Shown in pieces: positions 23,400 through 32,281 of a stretch of 64,000 bases of DNA. Origin of the DNA: an uncultured Methanosarcinaceae archaeon (GTDB lineage: Archaea; Halobacteriota; Methanosarcinia; Methanosarcinales; Methanosarcinaceae). The position numbers were made by a program, and so were the translations under genes. The notes under the pieces were generated by a model. It was given only the letters and a program-made list of their open reading frames with translations. It made no database searches and had not been told where the DNA came from. Position 1 is the first letter of the stretch, and every line of letters begins with the position of its first letter. The stretch covers positions 448,001 through 512,000 of the forward strand of contig CAVTET010000001.1 of assembly GCA_963733675.1 (NCBI GenBank), in the 5' to 3' direction.

Positions 23400-24152
23400 T
23401 TACTTCAGCTATAACAGTCTCCTTATATTTAAGTAAATCCATGATCTTCTAAATAGATGATGAATTTTGAAGACAGCAAGATCTGTGGGGTTTCAGCCTC
23501 TGAGGAATCACTGGATAGAGTTGATGTTCTGGTGTGGGCTTTGACTACATTAGATTCAAATCCTTATGAAAAATGAGCTTATAGAGTCGGCGAAAATTCT
23601 TCTTTTGCATCTTCGCTAGGAAACGATGTTTTGTCTCAGATAGGTTTTTGGTCCAAAGCGAAAAATTTTTTCTCAAGAAACAGGTTCAGACAAGTTTTCC
23701 CAAGTAATGGAATGAGGATCTACTTTTATACTAGTTGGGCCAACTAAAAAATACTCAATCCAAAATACATGAGTTTTGTACATGGTAATAGATGATTTAA
23801 ATAAATTTAAACTTTTGAAGAAATTAAATGAATAAATAAACAAATACCAATATAAATTAAAAGGGAATTCTCTTGTGGCTGTAAAAATCTTTTTGATCAT
23901 TACATGAGAGGCGGAATCATCCTAATTTGGTATTGTTGAAGGAGAACAGATGAGTCAAGATTATAGTCTTATTATATAAAATTATAATGTTAATAGTCCG
24001 GAAGTTTTGGAATTTCTGTCTTTGTCTGCAGAAGTATAGTCTCGGGTGGTGAAACATTATAAGCTACATTTAAAGTAGATCAGGACGAAAAACGAACTCA
24101 AAAATCGATCTGAAGGTAACTGAATTAAAATAGTAATTCGGAACTGCAGTAA

Positions 24153-25025
24153 GCGGCTATCCGAAAAGTCCTGCTGATCTGGATGTTATCAATGCGCACG
24201 CTAAATGTAGCATAGCAAGGTAATTTTCAATTTTCTTTTCCCATCTTATAAGGAGTCTTCTGAATCTATTCAGCCAAGAATGTGTCCTTTCTGCAACCCA
24301 TCTTCTTGCCCTAAAACCTGGTACGTCTCTTCTTATGTTTTCTTCTCCACGACTTTTGATATGCGCAGTATAAACCATATTCTTCAACCAATTTTCTGAT
24401 ATCGGTGAAATCATAACCCTTATCCATGCATATATTCTGAATTATGTCTTCTGGCGAAGGTCTTTCAAAGAATATGGCGTCTAAAGTCCTTTTTACAAGC
24501 TTTTTATCGTGACGATTGGCTCCATCAACGACAACAGAAAGTGGTATGCCTTTACCCTCAGTTAAAACACTCCTTTTTGTACCTTTTTTGCCACGATCAG
24601 TAGGATTGGATCCTGTTCCAGTTCCACCTAATGGTGCTTTTGTCATAGCACCATCAATTGATTGTCATTCCCATTCTAATCCTTTTTCGAAATCATACTC
24701 AACAAGACCAGCCAGCCACATGCTCTCAAATAAGCCTGGTCGTTGCCATTACTGAAATCGATCATGTACAGTGCTTGGAGCTCCATAAAATCGTGGCAAT
24801 GCTTTCCATTGGCAACCAGTAACAAGGGGATAGAAAATGCCACTCATTATTTTTCTATCACCCTTTCTAGGTCTTCCAGACTTCTTTTTTGGCTTAGGTA
24901 CAGATAGTAAAGGCTCTATTTTTTTCCAATAATCTTCAGAAAGTTCGTAGTCCTGAACAATTTTCCGTTTTGTCATTACCATACATGATCTTAAATTGAA
25001 AGTATATTATTTTTCGGATAGGCTC
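24153..25025 (-). mobile_element. IS5-family element, copy 1, transposase pseudogene
   Basis: TIRs gcggctatccgaaaa / ttttcggataggctc are flanked by TAA on both sides (3-bp TSD). TGCQWKALP, DKGYD and RW.AERTHSWL motifs are split by stops and a frameshift. Confidence 0.92.
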
Positions 25026-25073
25026 TAAGTAGGAAACTACTGAAGGGGCACAAATCAAGAGAAATGATAGAGG

Positions 25074-25247
25074 ATTTCGATAAACCCCTAAATTTTGTTA
25101 TAGATATATAAATTGAGTATAAATGACTCTTGAAAATCAGAGGAAAATTTTGATAAATTTCCGATTTCAACAAATTGTTCATATAGGCTTCATAAACACC
25201 CAGCCAAAGATTGAAGTTTATCGAGATTCTCAGATATTTATCGAAAA
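25074..25247. repeat. Composite of subtype A and subtype B inverted-repeat elements
   Basis: Subtype A (atttcgataaacccctaaattt...aaaatcagagg), then subtype B at 25147-25228, then another tttatcgaaaa end. Confidence 0.6.
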
Positions 25248-25783
25248 ACCCTCTAATCAGCACATATATTCATGGCATGGACGGAAATATAAGTACGGAT
25301 GTAGGACTTACGAATATGAGTGTGAGTATAAATGTAAAATATATTGTGACGATATTCATACTTTTCTTAATTTTGGATTACTCTTATGAGCTTTTTGAAA
25401 TCATAAACATGAGACCCTTGTTACATTTCCAAAAAATTGGATGTACACTTGTTTTTAAGATTTGATCAATGACTCAATGACAAAATCAAAAATTTGGTTG
25501 ATTCATTATACTATACAATCTCAGGCAGTGCAAAGAGTTGAGAATTAAAGGGAACTTAAGTTCCATTATTATATCACATAAACATGATGATAATAAAACC
25601 AAGTTAAAATCATGTTAGAATACTGGATCATCTATTACTTGGCCTATATGCCTAATATATAATGGGCTCATAAAAAAATTGCACTTGGAATTAAGCATGA
25701 AAACCCGAAGTATGTTTTTATAAAAAAATTAAAACAATTCAACCTTTACTTATGAAGCAAACGATTGCATGAATAATAAAATT

Positions 25784-27103
25784 TTATCGCCTTTTAAATT
25801 CCCGGCATTTTTGCACGAATTTTTCTACCGGGAAACTGGCAGGATGAGTATGCATATACCCTGCAAGAGTATTGTGCTCTATGAGTCCATCAAAACCGTT
25901 ATTTATACCTTTTCCGCGGAGCATCTTGTATGCAAATCTTGCATCACGGTCACATTCTGTGAGTGAGTAATGAAATTCGTGACCTCTTATTTTATGAGAA
26001 CAGAAGTTTTTATTAAGAGGGAGTGCTTCAGTATAGCCTAAAGCCCTAAGCCGGTTTGTCATTCGTGTATTTGCAGGCACGACATCAGCTAGTTTATAAG
26101 TCCTGTTATCTACATCATAAGTCTTACATAGGTATAGCAGGCCTCCACATTCCGCATAAATTGGCAGGCCATCAGATGCAAGACTTTTAAGTTTACGAGT
26201 AGTCTCTGAATTTTCAAGTATTTCTGCATAGAGTTCAGGATAGCCACCTCCAAGGTAAATTCCATCCACATCTGGAACTTCTCCTGCCATTGGGCTAAAA
26301 AATACAACCTCGGCTCCACAATATCGGAAGGCATCGAACATATCTTGATAGTAAAAACAAAAGGCTGGATCCCGGGCAATTCCTACCTTGACTTCAGTCT
26401 CTGGTCTATGTAGATCCGCAATTTCCGGTGAAGAACAGGGTTCGGCAAGTTCAAGTACTGCATCAAGGTCAACATTATTCTCAATAAATGTTGCCATTTC
26501 TTTAGTGTTGTAATCCTTTTCGTGGGCCATATATAGCCCAAGGTGCCTAGATGGAATCTCAATGTCTTTCTTTCGTGGAATCATTCCTATAATAGGAATG
26601 TTATTACTAAGTGAATTTTTTAAGAGTTCCGCATGGCGTAAACTTCCTACTTGGTTCAGGATAATGCCTACAATCCTTACCTCAGGATCAAACTCTGAAT
26701 AACCTTTCAGCAAGGCTGCGACGCTCCTGGACATACCATGGACATTTATTACAAGAATTACAGGCAAGTTAAGGATTTTTGCAACGTGCGACGAGCTTGC
26801 AATTTCTGTAGAATCCATTCCATCAAAAAGCCCCATTGCACCCTCTACTACCACAATATCTGCATCTGTAGCCGTTCTGGCGACAATCTGCCCAACTCCA
26901 TCTGTACCCATCATATATGTATCCAGATTTCTGGAAAGGCGCCCACAGATTACAGTGTGATGAGAGGTATCAATGTAATCAGGTCCTACCTTATAAGGCT
27001 GGACTTTTAGCCCTCTGTGCTTGAGGGCAGCCATTATGCCCATTGAAACTGTAGTTTTTCCAACTCCGCTGTGGGTTCCTGCAATAAGTATTCCTTTTGT
27101 CAT
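25784..27103 (-). CDS. cbiA: Cobyrinate a,c-diamide synthase
   Basis: SGVGKTT, KVGPDYID, EGAMGLFDG, GGGYPE, AECGG and HEFHY. No other F430 genes nearby, so CbiA is preferred over CfbB. Confidence 0.85.
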   Translation of the reverse strand: MTKGILIAGTHSGVGKTTVSMGIMAALKHRGLKVQPYKVGPDYIDTSHHTVICGRLSRNLDTYMMGTDGVGQIVARTATDADIVVVEGAMGLFDGMDSTEIASSSHVAKILNLPVILVINVHGMSRSVAALLKGYSEFDPEVRIVGIILNQVGSLRHAELLKNSLSNNIPIIGMIPRKKDIEIPSRHLGLYMAHEKDYNTKEMATFIENNVDLDAVLELAEPCSSPEIADLHRPETEVKVGIARDPAFCFYYQDMFDAFRYCGAEVVFFSPMAGEVPDVDGIYLGGGYPELYAEILENSETTRKLKSLASDGLPIYAECGGLLYLCKTYDVDNRTYKLADVVPANTRMTNRLRALGYTEALPLNKNFCSHKIRGHEFHYSLTECDRDARFAYKMLRGKGINNGFDGLIEHNTLAGYMHTHPASFPVEKFVQKCREFKRR

Positions 27104-27147
27104 CTACTTGATATTGTTGCCGTTAAAATATATTAAAGCTATTAGTC

Positions 27148-27225
27148 CAGTTGTTGCGAGTGGTTTGTAGCCATCGCCAAGGACTAAATCCAAATTTAGG
27201 CTATGGACCCCACTGCAAGCAACTG
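27148..27225. repeat. Long imperfect palindrome
   Basis: cagttgttgcgagtggtttgtagcc ... ggctatggaccccactgcaagcaactg, with an inner ctaaat-ccaa-atttag. Confidence 0.65.
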
Positions 27226-27434
27226 TGCATCATTGATCTGAATATAAAGAGATTATTCAAGATCAAATACTTTCATTTGCGTATATGCTCCTTTTTCTAT
27301 CTGATTTTCCTGATTTTCAACATCATTTTAATTACATAGTAAGTTGTACCATCATTCACAGTTCCAATGTAACTTCCCTCAATCCATAGTTCTCTAAGTT
27401 ATGTCTTTTTTTTCAAAATCAGATATTCTTATTT

Positions 27435-28136
27435 CTAAAAATTTAATTTACCATTTTCGGTCTTTAATTCCCACTTTGAAAAAAACTTGCTCAAATATGC
27501 AATGAATTCTTTGTTATGGTGCCTCTCTAACAGATGTGTCATTTCATGTACAACTACATATTCAATACATTCTCTGGGCTTCTTCGCTAACTCAAGATTC
27601 AGCCATATTCTTTTTGTTTCTATATTACAAGTTCCCCATTTTGTTTTCATTTTTTTAATCCCAAATTCAACCACATTAACCTTCATTGATTCTTCGTATT
27701 GAGTAATTATTGTGTGGATAATTTCTTTAAGTCTTTTGCGATACCATTCATCTAATATTTTTTTCCTTTTGTCAGAATTTGTACCTGGTCGTATATACAA
27801 TTCAATTGTTTCATGCTTAACTAACACTTTTGGAGCAGTATTATGTTCTATGACTTTTAACAGGTATCGCTTGCCCAGGTAGTAATGACCTTCTCTTGTA
27901 ATGTAATCTCTTGGCGTTTCACTCTCTTGATTTTGTAGTTTGATCTGCTGTTTATTTATCCAACTCATTTTTGAAATAGCAAATACTCTGATGGTATCTA
28001 GGTTCATCCGTAAAGGTGCAGAAATCTTCACCTTACCATTTGGCGGATAAACACTTAGGTGCACATTTTTTATGTCTTTGTGCACAACATCGATGGACAT
28101 ATCACCCAATATTATTTGTTGCATATCAATACTCAT
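27435..28136 (-). CDS. YgjP/M48-like zinc metallopeptidase of the type that follows hsdR
   Basis: MKTKWGTCN, LNLELAKKP and EYVVVHEMTH (HExxH). Its start overlaps the hsdR remnant stop. Confidence 0.85.
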   Translation of the reverse strand: MSIDMQQIILGDMSIDVVHKDIKNVHLSVYPPNGKVKISAPLRMNLDTIRVFAISKMSWINKQQIKLQNQESETPRDYITREGHYYLGKRYLLKVIEHNTAPKVLVKHETIELYIRPGTNSDKRKKILDEWYRKRLKEIIHTIITQYEESMKVNVVEFGIKKMKTKWGTCNIETKRIWLNLELAKKPRECIEYVVVHEMTHLLERHHNKEFIAYLSKFFSKWELKTENGKLNF

Positions 28137-28525
28137 TCTGCTGTTTAATTATAGGAAAAACCCTTCGACCTTATTTTATCTTTGAGTATTTTATAAAATT
28201 CGCTTTTATTTAATTCTCCTTAGACTGATTGCCACGCCAGTTAACTTTTTTACTCGCTTAATAGCATTATTCAATTCAACAGCTAAGGATTCATTCTCAT
28301 TCAGATTATGATATATAACTCTTTGAACATTCTTTTGAATATTTGGAGGTAAATAGTCACTATTTGTATTACTTACCTTTTTTGATAATTCGGCAATTCT
28401 CGTAGGTATTCCTCATAGCTACTGGTATTTTATCTTCTTTCTGTGATTATTTCATATAAAAACCTGGACATTCCATCATAATAAGCCGGATCTATTAAAT
28501 GCTCCTTGATAATTCTCTTCCGCAA
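28126..28525 (-). pseudogene. hsdR: Type I restriction endonuclease R subunit, C-terminal remnant
   Basis: RKRIIKEHLIDPAYYDGMS, SYEEYL, IYHNLNENESLA, NWRGNQSKE and IIKQQNEY* in broken frames. Confidence 0.7.
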
Positions 28526-28657
28526 GGATTAAACTTTAATGCTGATATTTTGCGGCTTCAGCCTGTTTGACAATTGCTATTTTTATTATGTTTAATAAGG
28601 ATACATCCCTGATCATAGCTCTTTTAACCCTAATCCAGAATGCTTAGAGGTATTACT

Positions 28658-28924
28658 TTAGAAGTTCGTGAATTCTCTTTTATAAGAGGTTTTCTCTCCG
28701 AAAGCCATGAAGACGCCTGGCTCATCATACTTTTTGGCTCCCTTGACCAGAAACTCCATGGCAATAAGTGTCTTTCCTGAACCTGCACTTCCATCTACAA
28801 GTGTAGTATGACCCTTTGGCAGTCCGCCATCAGTGATATCATCAAAACCAGTAATACCAATTGGAGACTTTTCTAGATGCTTTTCTGTTAAAGTTTGGTT
28901 ATCTTCTTCAATCATCAAATGCAC
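28658..28924 (-). pseudogene. kaiC: KaiC-like ATPase, truncated N-terminus only
   Basis: GITGFDDITDGGLPKG..LVDGSAGSGKT..EFLVKGA..YDEPGVFMAF. The ORF stops after 88 aa. Confidence 0.8.
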
Positions 28925-29289
28925 CTTTTAAAATCAATTACGAAATCGGTAATTTTAGTCCCTTTAGCCTTGGTTTAATATGGAAAGTCTTACCTGCATA
29001 TGTATTTGAAAAATCGAATGTTAGCTCGTCTAAAAAATATAATTGCATGCAAGTAAATGGACAAAAATAATAAGATAGGACATTCATCCAAACAATTTCA
29101 GTTTATGGTATTTTATATCTTATTTGTATTGTTTTACTGATTTCTAATAGTTGATAGTCCTGAAAGTAGCTAGCTAGGAATGATGCAACAATAGTGATTC
29201 AAAACAGAGAACTTAAAATTAAATAGATGTGGTGTACATTGCAAACAAATAGTCTTATTATGTGCACCAAGCAATCTATACCAGTGTAT

Positions 29290-29665
29290 TCACGCAGTAG
29301 AAATACACAATACTTTTCTCAATGTTAATTGGTATTTTTTCATGTTTCTAAACAGTTTAGGACATGATTTAAATTTTAATTGATCATCATTTTCACAAGT
29401 AGTATCGTCGTTGCAGCTACCATGATAACACGGGATTTTTTCATTACGGCAATGACAATGGGCGCACCCACAGGTGTGTGAATGAAGACATCCACCAGTG
29501 TGAGGGTAGAAGCTGCCATAACTGCTATAGTTATCACAAATATGGTGATGGCCATGCTAATGGCATGCACTCGCTGTCCAAGGCATTGAATCCTGCGTCT
29601 CACCCGCGATACTAACTAATATCAAAAAATCCAAACAATGTTTAGAAATAATATTTATTTAGGAC
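29290..29665 (-). pseudogene. His/Cys-rich putative secreted protein, disrupted
   Basis: FLILVSIAGETQDSMPWTASACH*HGHHHICD...HSHTCGCAHCHC...; TAG at 29557-29559 and an apparent frameshift in the signal region. Confidence 0.45.
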
Positions 29666-29987
29666 TATTAAGAATATTTTTATATTCCTTTTAGGAATAT
29701 CAATATTAAAACCTCTCAGGTTTGTTTTAATCGCTTTATAAACAATCTAAATAATCAGGGAAATTTCTGATCCTTCCACTCTACCAAGGTAACCTAGACT
29801 GAAAACGGCTACTCTCTCAGGTTCATTAACCATTTCTAGAGACTGTTAGAGTATCAAAATACAACTATTAATTCAGAAAGCAATACTGAACTGAAATCAA
29901 CCATAATCTCTAACTTCTAGTTTCACTAATATTTTTGGATTATATTCAATATTTACATATGGTATTCAAAATAATGCAGAAAAATCG

Positions 29988-30476
29988 TTAAACAATGACC
30001 AAATAAGATCTTTTTACCTTTTTCGATAGCATCTCCCTTACAATAAGTACTACTTTTTTCGAGTGGCTGACCACATTTTCAGTTACGCTTCCTATCAGGA
30101 ATCTCTGGATTACGTTTTTCCCGTGCGTGCCCATAACGATAAGGTCGATATCGTTTTTTTCTGCAAGGTCGACAATCTCATCCACAGGACTTCCTTCAAG
30201 AATTACAGATTCGAGTTCAATGTTTGCAGCTTTTCCAGTGTTTTCGACATAAGTTGTTGCTTCTTTACCTTCTGTTATGAGTTGCTCTTTCATTGCTTTT
30301 TCCCATTCAGTATCTCTGGAAGGAGTTATCGAATAACCTCCAAGTGAAATCACATATATAGCATATAGCTTTGCCTTACATAACTTTGCAGTTTCAATTG
30401 CTGAATCAACTGCTTTTCTTACTAGTTCCGAACCGTCAGTTGCAACCATTATCTTCCTGAAAATATTGCTACCCAT
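29988..30476 (-). CDS. Universal stress protein
   Basis: KIMVATDGS and DLIVMGTHG...LIGSVTENVV. Confidence 0.9.
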   Translation of the reverse strand: MGSNIFRKIMVATDGSELVRKAVDSAIETAKLCKAKLYAIYVISLGGYSITPSRDTEWEKAMKEQLITEGKEATTYVENTGKAANIELESVILEGSPVDEIVDLAEKNDIDLIVMGTHGKNVIQRFLIGSVTENVVSHSKKVVLIVREMLSKKVKRSYLVIV

Positions 30477-30989
30477 ATTTGATTCCTCTTTTTCCGTTCC
30501 TTTATTCTATATTATTTCAGAGTGTTTATCCTAAAATAATTTAGCCCGGAAAATAATTTTATAGGCACAGTAAAAATTAACACCTCCATAACTCGGAAAA
30601 CGAATTTATCGTCAATAACATGCATCTCTCAACTAATCATAAATTCAAAGCTGAACTAAGGAAAATACGGACGAAATAGAAAGGGAAGAAAAATTTTCTC
30701 ATGTACTTCATTTCTTCCATGTCTTACTTGGTTATTCAATAATTTATGACTTAAATGTGAATAGTCAAATTCAAAAATAGATACGTTTTTTAGAATTTTG
30801 ATTAATTAGTGAGTTTGTTATAAATAAAGATAGTTTTTTAAAAATTTGATAAAAATATTTGATTAACAAATACTAGGTATAATTAATTATAGAGTTGGCC
30901 ATAATTATCCCACCTTCTCATAACCCAAACAGCTAATCATATTCTAAATCCTGCTTTTATTGGTAATCAATTAAATAAAGCATTTTCTA

Positions 30990-31575
30990 TAAATTTCAGT
31001 TCCCCCCATTTCAGAGCTCTTTAGTCTTTCTTCTGTATCATTTAATGGATTCCTCAAAGGTTTCAAATTCTCCTCTGAACATTATGTATTTATTAAAGCA
31101 TTTCTCAATTTTTTCATTTGCATGATGATGTTTTACCTTGCCAGTATTGTTTAATCTCTATTTTTCATTGTGTCTCATGAACTTCTATCTCATAAGCCAT
31201 ACTTATTAATTCTATTTGCACCGAATTCACTCCCATGATCCATTTGAGCAATTATTAATTTCTTCAATGATCAAATATACCTAGCGCTCTGAAAAGTTGT
31301 TCTATCAATTTGATCGTGTTTAGCCTATTGCACTTAACATATCCTACCAGCAATAATCACTTATGCACCATCAAAAATAGCATAGATCTGCAGCTTTATG
31401 AGGGGATTCTCATGTCAGTCTTTCGCCCAACAAACGTGCTATGTTCACGTTCATATTTGCAACATTTCCTTCTGCGTCTATTTTTGCTAGCCTTAAAGTG
31501 CGAGGTTCATGTTGAGTAGATAATTGTGCATTCCACTTTCCACAGATGCACACAAGAATGCCATCAATTTTCTTA
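30990..31575 (-). mobile_element. IS481-like transposase remnant, heavily decayed
   Basis: Fragments RRRKCCKYEREHS, DHGSEFGAN, ILARVKHH and EKIEKCF in shifting frames. Confidence 0.55.
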
Positions 31576-32281
31576 AGATGCCAGCAGCTTAAAAATGAAT
31601 TTAATTTTAATGGATTAATAGTAACTAACAGAAAAAAAATTATATATATGTTTAAATCTGCTAAATATTGGATGGATTTTGTTAATGAGATATTTTACTA
31701 TTATCCCCAGCTTCTATTATCTATTCAAGGTAACAAGCTCCAAACTAATTATCGGAATAAGTTTGATCAATTAGCTTTATTAAGTCATAAAATCATTTTC
31801 TTTGGAAGGCCAAGATTTTAACCAATAAGAAGTTATTGAGCAGCGTATAAATAATACTTCTTCAAAATTTGTTGAACTCAGTAAACTGAGATCTACTGGA
31901 TCTTACTTATAGTAAAATAGTCTTTTCTCAATTCTTCTTATGAATGATGAGCCAATTGATCTTTATGAAGTTGAACATTACAATCGAAATTCTCACTCGA
32001 ATCTTCTTATCGAACCCACATATCACATCTAAAGCCAAGAACATCTTCCAGAAACAACAGGTAAGCTACCTTTATACTATAATACTATAATTTCTTTTTT
32101 AATTCAAAATTATTGTGCCACATTGCAATGTATCTACTGTAGCTCTAATATGACGGTTTGATTTTTATGTTGAGGGGATATCTTCATTCTTTCAAATATG
32201 AAAATCTCCTTTCAATATGAAAATCAAAAAGTCAAATTAGGGATACAAACTCTTTCATACAATTTCAGAATCTATAACCGT

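Noticed and set aside
27104-27230. Cobalamin riboswitch upstream of cbiA
   Set aside because: No recognisable B12 box, and the hairpin lies upstream of the likely TATA box.
28658-28924. Functional Kai clock system
   Set aside because: Only 88 codons of KaiC remain and no kaiB is seen.
29376-29603. 75-aa hydrophobic ORF in the track
   Set aside because: More likely an alternative frame of the His/Cys-rich sequence, though not fully excluded.
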